From: Paludibacteraceae bacterium
Lineage (GTDB): Bacteria; Bacteroidota; Bacteroidia; Bacteroidales; Paludibacteraceae
Direction: 5' to 3'
Length of the DNA stretch: 64,000 nucleotides
Assembly (NCBI GenBank): GCA_018056165.1
Contig: JAGPGD010000002.1
Span: 7,686 to 71,685 of the forward strand
Shown: positions 1-8,871 of the stretch, in pieces
Layout of the letters: each line of letters begins with the position of its first letter
How positions within the stretch are numbered: position 1 is the first letter of the stretch
Notes under the pieces: model-generated
Seen by the model: the letters and a program-made list of their open reading frames with translations, nothing else
Told to the model about the DNA's origin: nothing
Databases searched by the model: none
Translations under genes and position numbers: made by a program

Positions 1-1526
1 GTTCTGCCACCCACGATATTGCAGCCGATGGCTTTTATATGCTGGCACTGGATAGTTCTCAACAATCTTTTTTTGTGGGGATACGAAGCACTTTCTATCG
101 TTTTGCCATGATTACCGGGCAAGGGTTGCTTATCATTCTGGCTGGTGCATTGGAAAGTCATACAGGGACAAAACCTGTTTTACTGACAGTTGCTTCTACT
201 AATTCTTCCCAAATAGAAATGATGGAAATTCCGGAAAACGTACTTCCTGCTGATACAGCAGAATTGTCGTTTGTGGCTTATCCTTCTCAGTTGGTGTTGA
301 GCACACAAACCATCAGTCGGGATTCGTTGAATAAAATTCTTCAATATGCAACTGAACAGAATATCACGAATCGTTTTGTAGAAAAAGAACAAAAAACAGT
401 TACAGGAAAGTCAGAGAAAAATTCCTGGTGGAAAAGAAATGTGTCTGATCCACTTGCAAATTATATTCGAGACCATTTTGGAGAAAAACGTGAAATAAAA
501 ACTGATTTAACGGAAAGAGTGGGTAATGCTGGCTTGGTTCAAATCCGTTTAACAAAAAAGCCAGAAAAAGGAAAATCATTGATATTCAATATAACCCATG
601 CAAAAGGTGACAAAAGTATTTCGCTGGTCACGGGTGAACGATTGGTTTTTGATGAAACAAATTGGGATAAACCGGCTTATGTAGTATTTCAGTTAGACCC
701 TAAATTGAAAGATGAAGTAAAAAGTGAGTTCAAAGGAGTTTCAGGAAATGTAAAATTGGCTTGGAGTATCACTTTCTTTATCATTGCGGGGTTCTTTATC
801 TTGATTTATTTCTATCATCGTTTTATTTTGCCTTATCCTGATTCAGATCATCCTACTTTAACAAATACAGCAAAAGATATTTTGCGGGAGTTTGGAAGAA
901 CTTTTGCCACTTTTTTCCAGAAAAAGGGAATCGGTCTGGCTATTGCCTTTATGCTTCTTTACCGTTTAGGCGAAGCAATGTTAGTAAAAATGGCTTCACC
1001 TTTTTTGCTGGATCCGCGAGAAATTGGAGGGTTAGGATTGACTACCGGTCAGGTTGGACTGGTTTATGGAACGGTTGGCGTTATTGCTTTGACAATTGGT
1101 GGCATTATTGGCGGTATCGTCGCTTCACAAAAGGGATTGAAATTCTGGATCTGGCCAATGGCTTTGTGCATCACGCTACCTCATCTGGTGTATTTATATC
1201 TTTCCTCAGTACAACCTGAAAACATGTTGTTAATCAACCTGGCAGTCGCAATTGAACAATTTGGCTATGGTTTTGGCTTTACTGCTTATATGTTGTACTT
1301 GATTTATTTCTCGGAAGGTGAACATAAAACACCTCATTATGCTATTTGTACAGGATTTATGGCATTGGGCATGATGTTGCCAGGTATGATTGCTGGCTGG
1401 TTACAGGAATTGTTAGGCTATCATCATTTCTTTATTTTTGTAGTACTTTGTGCTATTCCAACGCTGGTTGTCATTCCCTTTATGAAAATTGATAAGGAAT
1501 TTGGGAAGAAAAAGACAACAACTTAA
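1..1526 (+). CDS. ampG: AmpG-family MFS muropeptide permease, 5' end outside the window; carries a ~190-aa hydrophilic insert
   Basis: The frame is open from nt 3 (..SATHDIAADGFYMLAL.., an AmpG-type motif upstream of the ATG at 39). The C-terminal half has about 6 hydrophobic spans (GLAIAFMLLYRLGEAM, GGIIGGIVASQKG, ...) typical of AmpG/MFS. Confidence 0.65.
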   Translation, partial: SATHDIAADGFYMLALDSSQQSFFVGIRSTFYRFAMITGQGLLIILAGALESHTGTKPVLLTVASTNSSQIEMMEIPENVLPADTAELSFVAYPSQLVLSTQTISRDSLNKILQYATEQNITNRFVEKEQKTVTGKSEKNSWWKRNVSDPLANYIRDHFGEKREIKTDLTERVGNAGLVQIRLTKKPEKGKSLIFNITHAKGDKSISLVTGERLVFDETNWDKPAYVVFQLDPKLKDEVKSEFKGVSGNVKLAWSITFFIIAGFFILIYFYHRFILPYPDSDHPTLTNTAKDILREFGRTFATFFQKKGIGLAIAFMLLYRLGEAMLVKMASPFLLDPREIGGLGLTTGQVGLVYGTVGVIALTIGGIIGGIVASQKGLKFWIWPMALCITLPHLVYLYLSSVQPENMLLINLAVAIEQFGYGFGFTAYMLYLIYFSEGEHKTPHYAICTGFMALGMMLPGMIAGWLQELLGYHHFFIFVVLCAIPTLVVIPFMKIDKEFGKKKTTT

Positions 1527-1590
1527 TTTCAATAATTTTATCAGGAACAATTTTCCTTACGTATCGTGTTTTCTTTTTTAATTTTATTTC

Positions 1591-1598
1591 TACTTTTG
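1591..1598 (+). promoter_or_regulatory. Bacteroidetes-type -7 promoter box (TAnnTTTG): TACTTTTG
   Basis: Matches the TAnnTTTG consensus, 27 nt upstream of the ATG at 1625. Confidence 0.4.
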
Positions 1599-1624
1599 TA
1601 GAAAATATAATTTTATTTTAGAAA

Positions 1625-2398
1625 ATGAAAATCTTAATACTTGGTGCCGGTAAAATGGGCACTTTTTTTACGGATTTATTGTGTCTCCATCATGAAGTAG
1701 CTTTATTCGATATTGATCCTAAAAAACTTCGGTTTGTTTTCAATACTTATCGACTGACTGATTATGAACAGATCAGGGAATTTCAGCCAGAACTGGTGCT
1801 GAATTGTGTTACATTGAAATTTACCATTGAGGCTTTTCAAAATGTGATGCCTTTTCTACCGGAAAATTGCATGCTGTCAGACATTGCTTCGGTAAAAACA
1901 GGGTTGAAGGAATTTTACGAAAGTACAGGCAAGCGTTTTGTATCCACACATCCTATGTTTGGTCCTACTTTTGCAACACTGGATAATTTGAGTTCACAAA
2001 ACGCTATCATTATTTCTGAATCTGATTTTCTGGGAAAAACTTTTTTCAGAGATTTGTATCATTCGCTACATTTGAAAATTTTTGAATATTCCTTTGAAGA
2101 GCACGATAAAACGACTGCTTATTCACTTGCTATTCCTTTTGCTTCCACATTGGTTTTCGCTGCTGTGATGAAACATCAGGAAGCGCCTGGAACTACTTTC
2201 AAGCGTCATATGGAAATTGCAGAAGGTTTGCTTTCGGAAGATGATTATTTATTAACTGAAATATTATTCAATCCTTATACACCTGAACAAATTAAAAAAA
2301 TTCAAGCAGAATTGGCTACTTTGCTGGACATTATTGAAAAAAAAGATACAGAAAGGATGCAAGCTTTTCTGGAAAAAGTAAGGAAAAATATACAATAA
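1625..2398 (+). CDS. Prephenate dehydrogenase family protein (NAD-binding)
   Basis: N-terminal Rossmann motif MKILILGAGKMG and the TyrA-type motif STHPMFGP. 257 aa. Confidence 0.6.
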   Translation: MKILILGAGKMGTFFTDLLCLHHEVALFDIDPKKLRFVFNTYRLTDYEQIREFQPELVLNCVTLKFTIEAFQNVMPFLPENCMLSDIASVKTGLKEFYESTGKRFVSTHPMFGPTFATLDNLSSQNAIIISESDFLGKTFFRDLYHSLHLKIFEYSFEEHDKTTAYSLAIPFASTLVFAAVMKHQEAPGTTFKRHMEIAEGLLSEDDYLLTEILFNPYTPEQIKKIQAELATLLDIIEKKDTERMQAFLEKVRKNIQ

Positions 2399-2574
2399 GC
2401 GACTAAGCTTCAATTGTTTTCAAAGACAAAAAGTGTTTTTTGAGTTATTACCTTCAAGTTCAGAAATTATAAAGTTTGATTAAAGATATTTCTTGACAGA
2501 TGACTTTTTAAACGCTGAACACATTTTTTGTACCCTGACCTCAAAAAACATTTTGAAAAACAACCTTTTAATTC

Positions 2575-2582
2575 TACATTTG
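2575..2582 (+). promoter_or_regulatory. -7 promoter box TACATTTG
   Basis: TAnnTTTG match 16 nt upstream of the ATG at 2598. Confidence 0.4.
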
Positions 2583-2597
2583 TAGAAAAACAGAGCC

Positions 2598-5500
2598 ATG
2601 ATATTGTCAACCTTCCCTATAGAAAAAAGCTTAAATAGGGCTTACTTGAAGCAAGACCTTACCAAAAAGCAAATGGAAGTTTTCAGGAATGAACTTAAAA
2701 AATTGCTGGATACTATTTCTCAATTAAATAATCAAGGGCAAGACGAAGAAAATTTTAAAACACCCATCATTCATTTTCTGACAGAAACTTATTACAAAGG
2801 CAAGAACTATGTGAATAGTTCAAAAAAATATGATTTAGTAATCGGTAATGACGAGAAAGTTGCCGACAGCGTGGCGGTTATTATTGAAACCAAAAGACCC
2901 TCCAACACCGCCGAAATGATAACTTCTTCTAATCCCAATGCTAAAGCCTTGCACGAATTGGTGCATTATTACATGCAAGAAAGGAAAAACGGCAATGATG
3001 AACTCAAATATCTTGTAATTACCAATTGCTATGAATGGTATCTCTTTGATGCGGTAGATTTCGAAAATATTTTCTACAAAAATCAAGAATTCAGAAACAA
3101 TTACGAAAATTGGGATACCAAACAAAAAGTGGACAATACAACTGTTTCACTCTATGAAAATATTCGAAATTTCATTGATAAAAATGTTGCCGAGTTAAAA
3201 GCCACATATTTTGATTTGCGTGATTATGAAGCTGCTTTAAACAGCCATGACAGTGAAAATTTAAGTCAACTCATCAACTTGTATAAAATATTTTCGCCTG
3301 AACATCTGCTTAAAAAACCATTTGCCAACGACAGCAATACACTGAATAAGGAATTTTATAATGAATTGCTTTACATTCTGGGGCTCGAAGAAAAATCGGA
3401 AAACAACAAAATTGTCATTGAACGCCGAAGCAAAGACAGAAGCGAAGCCAGCTTGATAGAAAATACCATTAACATTCTAAAAACCAGAGATAAATTAAAA
3501 GGAATTGAAGATATTACCCAATTTGGACAAACAGAAGAAGAACAGCTTTTCAGCGTAGCGCTCGAATTGTGCATCACCTGGCTGAACAGAATTCTGTTTT
3601 TAAAACTGCTGGAAGGACAACTTATCAAATATCACAACAACGATTCAAATTTTGCTTTTTTATCGCCCGATAAAGTAAAAGAATTTGACAAACTTGATGA
3701 ATTGTTTTTTGAAGTTTTTGCCATAAAGCCTGCTGAACGTACTCAGCAAATTCAAGAACAATACGCACATATTCCCTATCTGAATAGCTCGCTTTTTGAA
3801 ATGAGCTTACTCGAACAGCAAACTATTTCCATTGCCAATCTGAAAAACGACCAGCAATTGCCGATTTATAACAAATCAGTTCTAAAAATTGCTACCAACA
3901 AGAAAGAAATAAACACTTTGCAATATTTACTGCAATTCCTTTCTTCCTATAACTTTTCGAGCGACAGCCATGCTAAAATTCAGGAAGATAACCGAACCAT
4001 TATCAATGCTTCTGTGCTTGGATTGATTTTTGAAAAGATAAATGGTTACAAAGATGGCGCATTTTTTACGCCCGGCTTCATCACCATGTTTATGAGCCGT
4101 GAAACCATTCGCAAAGCTGTAGTTCAAAAATTCAGAGAAAAAGAAAACAAGGAATTTAATGATTTCGACGATGTAAAAAATTATTGTCGATTACATCACA
4201 AAAAAGAAGATATTGAACGATTTAACGAGCATATCAATTCCTTGAAAATTTGTGACCCGGCTGTCGGCTCTGGACATTTTCTTGTCTCGGCACTCAACGA
4301 ATTAATTGCTGTAAAAAGTGAATTGAACATTCTTTCTTACAACGGCATCATTATTAATTGGGAAGTGAGCGTGGACAACGATGAATTGACTGTTACCCAT
4401 AAATTTAACAATCAGCCTTATGAATATTTTCTGATGGATGACGAAAAACCTGCTCCTGATGCTCAGGAAGTACAAATGACTTTATTCAATGAAAAACGAT
4501 TGCTCATCGAAAACTGTCTTTTTGGTGTGGACATTAATCCCAAATCGGTATTGATTTGTCGGCTGAGATTATGGATTGAACTGCTGAAAAATGCGTATTA
4601 CAAAGCTCCCGACTTCAAAGAATTGGAAACATTGCCCAATATCGATATCAACATCAAATGTGGCGATTCGTTGATCAGCCGATTTAACCTTACCGATAAA
4701 CACTACAACTTGTTGCCTGCTGCACAGCAAAAAATTAGATACATTATCCAAAAATATAAACAGCAGGTTATTATTTACAAAAGTACCACCGACAGGGCAA
4801 CCCGACATCAAACTGAACAGGAAATTCAGCGACTGAAAAAACAGTTTATGAGTGTAGCTGATCCTTCGGATACCGATTACAAAAAATGGAAGGAAAAACA
4901 AAATGAATATCTGAACTTCATGCAACAACCCATCAGCTTTGAAGAAAATGCACAGAAAGAATGGAAAAACAAGCTGGACGAATTGAGCAAAGAAGTGCAC
5001 GAATTGGAAGAAATCTATAATGAGAAACTAAAAACTATTTATAATAGGGCTTTTGAATGGCGTTTCGAGTTCCCCGAAGTGCTGGACGACGATGGCAACT
5101 TTGTCGGCTTTGACGTGGTTATAGGAAATCCACCTTACATTCAACTGCAAAAAGCTTACGACGACAAAAGAAAATTTGCCGACCTTTACCAAAATCAGCA
5201 TTACGAAACTTTTGACCGCACAGGCGACATTTATTGTTTGTTTTACGAAAAAGGCATAACAATTCTGAAAAACGAAGGTTTGTTGTGTTATATCAGTTCC
5301 AATAAATGGATGCGAGCCGGTTATGGCGAAAAATTAAGAACATTTTTCCTGAAATATCAGCCGCTTTTGCTGGTCGATTTAGGAGCGGGTGTTTTTGAAA
5401 GTGCCACAGTGGATACCAATATTTTGCTGCTGCAGAAAAGCAAAAATACTGCAAAAACTTATTTGTTGCAGGCAGTTACCATTCAAAAAACCAATGCTCA

Positions 5501-6509
5501 ACCTATTGACATAGCTCAACAAATAAAGGAAAAGGCAGTTATTTTGCAAAATCTTAGCAAAGAAGCTTGGTACATTGGCAACGAAGCCGAGCAGCAATTG
5601 AAGAAAAAAATCGAACGTATTGGTAAACCATTGAAAGACTGGAATGTAAAAATTTATCGTGGTATATTAACTGGCTTAAACGAAGCCTTTATAATAGACA
5701 ATGCTAAACGACAGGAAATTTTGGATAATTGCATGGACGATGCAGAACGAGAGCGTACTGCAGCTATCATAAAGCCGATATTACGTGGTAGAGATATCAA
5801 AAGGTATTATTATGAGTGGGCTGGGCTGTGGGTGATCGGAACATTCCCTGCTTTGAAACTAAATATTGAAGATTATCCTGCAATTAAAAAATATTTTCTT
5901 GATAATTTTGATATTAGGCAATTAGAACAATCAGGGAAAAAATATCCTGAATTAGGTTTTAATGCCCGTAAAAAAACTAATAATAAATGGTTTGAGATTC
6001 AGGACACCATAGCCTATTATCCAGAATTTGAGAAGGAGAAAATAGTGTATCCAAATATGGCATATAAATTAATATCTGTTTATGATAATGAAAAATATTA
6101 TACAAATCAAAAATGTTTTATAATAACAGGAAATAATTTAAAATATTTATGTGCTTTATTTAATTCTATTATTGAATTTTGGTATTTTAAAAAAATAGGA
6201 GCTACATTAGGTAGCAATGGTTTTGAAATGAGTAAAATATTTATAGAAAAAATTCCCATTCCGCCTATTACGCCTTTCAATGAACCTATTGTAAAACAAA
6301 TAGAAGAGTTAGTGGACAAAATTCTTGTTGCAAAAATGGGTGAAATGCAAAAGGTGAGAACGCAGAAGTCAAAAATGCAAAAAGACGTCTCTCAGCAACA
6401 ATCCATTTTCCCGCCAACTGATACCACACCGTGGGAGCGAGAAATTGACCGTCTGGTATATAAATTGTACGATTTAACCGACGAAGAAATCGCTATAGTA
6501 GAAAAATGA
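2598..6509 (+). CDS. Single-chain type IIG restriction-modification enzyme (N-terminal PD-(D/E)xK-like nuclease, gamma-class N6-adenine methyltransferase, C-terminal TaqI-like specificity domain)
   Basis: SAM motif I CDPAVGSGHFLV (nt 4251-4280) precedes catalytic motif IV GNPPY (nt 5124-5138). The N-terminus has D-x(n)-ExK (YDLVIG...VAVIIETKRP, nt 2832-2894). The C-terminus ends with the ..IDRLVYKLYDLTDEEIAIVE tail common in Eco57I/TaqI-like enzymes. 1303 aa. Confidence 0.85.
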   Translation: MILSTFPIEKSLNRAYLKQDLTKKQMEVFRNELKKLLDTISQLNNQGQDEENFKTPIIHFLTETYYKGKNYVNSSKKYDLVIGNDEKVADSVAVIIETKRPSNTAEMITSSNPNAKALHELVHYYMQERKNGNDELKYLVITNCYEWYLFDAVDFENIFYKNQEFRNNYENWDTKQKVDNTTVSLYENIRNFIDKNVAELKATYFDLRDYEAALNSHDSENLSQLINLYKIFSPEHLLKKPFANDSNTLNKEFYNELLYILGLEEKSENNKIVIERRSKDRSEASLIENTINILKTRDKLKGIEDITQFGQTEEEQLFSVALELCITWLNRILFLKLLEGQLIKYHNNDSNFAFLSPDKVKEFDKLDELFFEVFAIKPAERTQQIQEQYAHIPYLNSSLFEMSLLEQQTISIANLKNDQQLPIYNKSVLKIATNKKEINTLQYLLQFLSSYNFSSDSHAKIQEDNRTIINASVLGLIFEKINGYKDGAFFTPGFITMFMSRETIRKAVVQKFREKENKEFNDFDDVKNYCRLHHKKEDIERFNEHINSLKICDPAVGSGHFLVSALNELIAVKSELNILSYNGIIINWEVSVDNDELTVTHKFNNQPYEYFLMDDEKPAPDAQEVQMTLFNEKRLLIENCLFGVDINPKSVLICRLRLWIELLKNAYYKAPDFKELETLPNIDINIKCGDSLISRFNLTDKHYNLLPAAQQKIRYIIQKYKQQVIIYKSTTDRATRHQTEQEIQRLKKQFMSVADPSDTDYKKWKEKQNEYLNFMQQPISFEENAQKEWKNKLDELSKEVHELEEIYNEKLKTIYNRAFEWRFEFPEVLDDDGNFVGFDVVIGNPPYIQLQKAYDDKRKFADLYQNQHYETFDRTGDIYCLFYEKGITILKNEGLLCYISSNKWMRAGYGEKLRTFFLKYQPLLLVDLGAGVFESATVDTNILLLQKSKNTAKTYLLQAVTIQKTNAQPIDIAQQIKEKAVILQNLSKEAWYIGNEAEQQLKKKIERIGKPLKDWNVKIYRGILTGLNEAFIIDNAKRQEILDNCMDDAERERTAAIIKPILRGRDIKRYYYEWAGLWVIGTFPALKLNIEDYPAIKKYFLDNFDIRQLEQSGKKYPELGFNARKKTNNKWFEIQDTIAYYPEFEKEKIVYPNMAYKLISVYDNEKYYTNQKCFIITGNNLKYLCALFNSIIEFWYFKKIGATLGSNGFEMSKIFIEKIPIPPITPFNEPIVKQIEELVDKILVAKMGEMQKVRTQKSKMQKDVSQQQSIFPPTDTTPWEREIDRLVYKLYDLTDEEIAIVEK

Positions 6510-6530
6510 CAAACACCAAAAATCCTTTTT

Positions 6531-7077
6531 GGCATAGCTACCGTTGTTCAAAAAAATTACCAGCATTCCTTCGTTATAAATAATCAACTGTTATTCAATA
6601 CATTTCAGTAGAGACGTTGCATGCAACGTCTCTACAAATTCCCGCATTCATTTGTGCAATTCGTTTTTGTTTTGGTGCAGCCATTGTTGTCCCCAAAAAT
6701 TACCAGTATTCCTTCATTATGAATAATCAACTGTCATTCAACACATTTCAGTAGAGACGTTGCATGCAACGTCTCTACAAATTCCCGCATTCATTTGTGC
6801 AATTCATTCTTATTTTGGTGCAGTCACTGTTGTTCAAAAAAATTATCAGCGTTCCTTCATTTTAAATAATCAACTGTTATTCAACACATTTTTGTAGAGA
6901 CGTTGCATGCAACGTCTCTACAAATTACGGTATTCATTTGTGCAATTCGTTTTTGTTTTGGTGCAGCCATTGTTGTTCAAAAAAAATTACCAGCATTCCT
7001 TCGTTATAAATAATCAACTGTCATTTAACACATTTCAGTAGAGACGTTGCATGCAACGTCTCTACCAATTTCCGTAT
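6531..7077. repeat. Tandem ~143-bp repeat units (about 3.8 copies), each carrying the perfect 28-bp palindrome GTAGAGACGTTGCATGCAACGTCTCTAC
   Basis: Palindromes at 6608-6635, 6751-6778, 6894-6921 and 7038-7065 (spacing 143/143/144 nt). The flanking unit sequence (..AAAAATTACCAGCATTCCTTC..ATAATCAACTGT..CATTTCA[pal]AAATTCCCGCATTCATTTGTGCAATTCG..) is conserved between copies. Confidence 0.9.
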
Positions 7078-7644
7078 TCATTTGTTTAATTCATCCATAT
7101 CCCATAGGATAACATTATTTTCAATATATTCCGCAATGCGGTTACATTCATTGATGTCGCGAATAATATGATCATAAAAACGGGGTTGCCAGCTAAATTC
7201 AATTTGGTTCTGGTGAGCATAACGGGTAATGGCGGATTTTAAACTACGAATAATTGTTCCCAATGTTCCACTTTTTGGGGAAATAATTGACATATTCTCA
7301 TTTTTTATTTTTCTTGTTGTAGAGACGTTGCATGCAACGTCTCTACAAATATTATTATTATTTTTCGGAACATTGTCTATTGCTACTATCAAATGAATGT
7401 GATTTGGCATAACAACATATAATGGAATCTTGGCATTGGAAAAATGTGCAGGTATTTCTTCAATACATTTAGCAGTATATTTACCAATTTCTGACAAAAT
7501 TATTTCATTTTCAGCAATATTTCCAAAATAATGCAGTTTCTGACAGGTACAAACTGTAACAAAATACAAACCACCATTGTAATCATGCCATTGAGCTCGT
7601 GCTGAAGAAATACGATATTTGTTATGAAATTTGTCGTCAAGCAT
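7078..7644 (-). CDS. REP-associated tyrosine transposase (RAYT, IS200/IS605-like Y1 HUH transposase)
   Basis: HUH motif PNHIHLIVAI, C-terminal WQPRFYDHIIRD tyrosine motif, and N-terminal YRISSARAQWHDYNGGLYFVTVCT. The ORF is open to 7680, but a TAnnTTTG box at 7664-7671 favours the ATG at 7644. Confidence 0.8.
   Translation of the reverse strand: MLDDKFHNKYRISSARAQWHDYNGGLYFVTVCTCQKLHYFGNIAENEIILSEIGKYTAKCIEEIPAHFSNAKIPLYVVMPNHIHLIVAIDNVPKNNNNICRDVACNVSTTRKIKNENMSIISPKSGTLGTIIRSLKSAITRYAHQNQIEFSWQPRFYDHIIRDINECNRIAEYIENNVILWDMDELNK
7319..7346. repeat. Copy of the 28-bp REP palindrome inside the RAYT coding sequence (in frame, encodes ..CRDVACNVST..)
   Basis: Exact match to the flanking palindromes, including the right-hand AAAT flank. 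It lies between the HUH and Tyr motifs. Confidence 0.9.
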
Positions 7645-7663
7645 AAAAAAACAGGTTAAAATG

Positions 7664-7671
7664 CAAAAATA
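7664..7671 (-). promoter_or_regulatory. -7 promoter box (TATTTTTG on the minus strand) for the RAYT gene
   Basis: CAAAAATA on the plus strand, 20 nt upstream of the ATG at 7644. Confidence 0.35.
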
Positions 7672-7713
7672 ATTATCCATACCTGATGTGCAAAATTTTC
7701 CTGGATTTTTTCA

Positions 7714-7886
7714 GTAGAGACGTTGCATGCAACGTCTCTACCAATTACGGTATTCATTTGTGCAATTCGTTTTTGTTTTGGTGCAGCCATTGTTGTTCAA
7801 AAAAAATTACCAGCATTCCTTCATTTTAAATAATCAACTGTCATTCAACGCATTTCAATAGAATACGTCATATATGGCATCTCTAC
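7714..7886. repeat. One further repeat unit upstream of RAYT: perfect palindrome (7714-7741) plus unit body ending in a degenerate palindrome (7858-7886)
   Basis: Same palindrome and the same ..ATTCATTTGTGCAATTCGTTTTTGTTTTGGTGCAGCCATTGTTGTTC.. body as the 6531-7077 units. The last hairpin has decayed to ATAGAATACGTCATATATGGCATCTCTAC. Confidence 0.85.
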
Positions 7887-8061
7887 TGAAAAATAATAAA
7901 AAAGCAAGTAGGGTTTGGGGCAAAGCTCCATTAGCAATGATTTCTAAAATCGAAGCATTGATTGGGTGTGATTTCTTTCAAACAAAGCGAATCAAAACAA
8001 CAATAAAAAACACATTAAAGAAAAAATTCTTTAATTTTTTGTTTCTTTACATTCAAAGTAG

Positions 8062-8069
8062 TACTTTTG
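8062..8069 (+). promoter_or_regulatory. -7 promoter box TACTTTTG upstream of the sdh/frd operon
   Basis: TAnnTTTG match 84 nt upstream of the ATG at 8153. Confidence 0.35.
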
Positions 8070-8152
8070 TGGCAAATTTAAGAGAAAGCTATAATAGCTT
8101 TAATTGTTTGATTCTCTGAAAATTAATTGCAAATCAAGTAAAAATAAAATTT

Positions 8153-8827
8153 ATGTGGCTAATAGATTCTCCCATCGGAAGAAAATTTATTATGTGTATT
8201 TCTGGAATTTTTCTGGTACTTTTTTTATTGTTCCATAGTTGTATGAATATTGTGGTCATTATTTCTCCTGAAAGTTATAATCAAATATGTGCTTTTTTGG
8301 GAGCAAATTGGTATGCTGTAATTGGCTCACTTGTTTTGGCATTGGGTTTTGTCGTGCATATTTTGTATGCTTTATATTTATCTTTTTTGAATTTTCGTGC
8401 TCGTGGGGAAGTTCGTTATGCTGTAAAAGCCACACCAACTGATGTGGAGTGGTCATCAAAGCACATGCTGATATTAGGGGTAATAATATTGGGCTTTATT
8501 GTTTTACATTTATATAATTTCTGGTTTAAGATGCAGTTTGCTGAATTATCAGGAATTCATACAGGAGCTTTTGATCCACAGAATGGTGCTGCTTATGTAA
8601 GTGCACTTTTTAGCCATTGGATTTATTGTGTTCTTTATATCATTTGGTTGGTGGCTTTGTGGTTGCATTTAACACATGGCGTTTGGAGCGCTTTACATTC
8701 TTTAGGATTAAATAATAAAAAATGGTTACCCCGCATAAAAGTAATTGGCAATATAGTTTCTACTATTATTGTATTAATGTTTATGTCTGTTCCTATTTAT
8801 TATTTGATAGTAAATATATTACAATAA
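8153..8827 (+). CDS. sdhC: Succinate dehydrogenase/fumarate reductase cytochrome b subunit (Bacteroidetes b558 type)
   Basis: 224-aa polytopic membrane protein with conserved His residues, directly upstream of the flavoprotein and Fe-S subunits. Confidence 0.8.
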   Translation: MWLIDSPIGRKFIMCISGIFLVLFLLFHSCMNIVVIISPESYNQICAFLGANWYAVIGSLVLALGFVVHILYALYLSFLNFRARGEVRYAVKATPTDVEWSSKHMLILGVIILGFIVLHLYNFWFKMQFAELSGIHTGAFDPQNGAAYVSALFSHWIYCVLYIIWLVALWLHLTHGVWSALHSLGLNNKKWLPRIKVIGNIVSTIIVLMFMSVPIYYLIVNILQ

Positions 8828-8871
8828 ATTTTTTAAAAATCAGAGAAAAGCTTATCAATACAAATCCAAAT

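Larger units (their letters stand above)
6531..7886. mobile_element. REP/RAYT locus: Y1 transposase gene flanked on both sides by palindrome-bearing repeat units
   Basis: Six perfect copies and one degenerate copy of the same 28-bp palindrome surround and enter the transposase gene (details in the component features). Confidence 0.75.

Noticed and set aside
2598-6509. BREX PglX or other multi-gene defence methyltransferase.
   Set aside because: None of the partner genes (pglZ, brxC/L, etc.) is adjacent. The protein has its own N-terminal D..ExK nuclease-like region, which fits a stand-alone type IIG enzyme better.
7874-8119. 81-aa ORF between the REP cluster and sdhC.
   Set aside because: It starts inside the decayed REP hairpin, is lysine- and phenylalanine-rich AT-driven sequence, and covers the sdh promoter region. 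No family resemblance.
8722-8871. Long N-terminal extension of sdhA overlapping sdhC (track ORF start at 8722).
   Set aside because: The extension is low-complexity read-through of the sdhC 3' end. The conserved flavoprotein sequence begins after the ATG at 8872.
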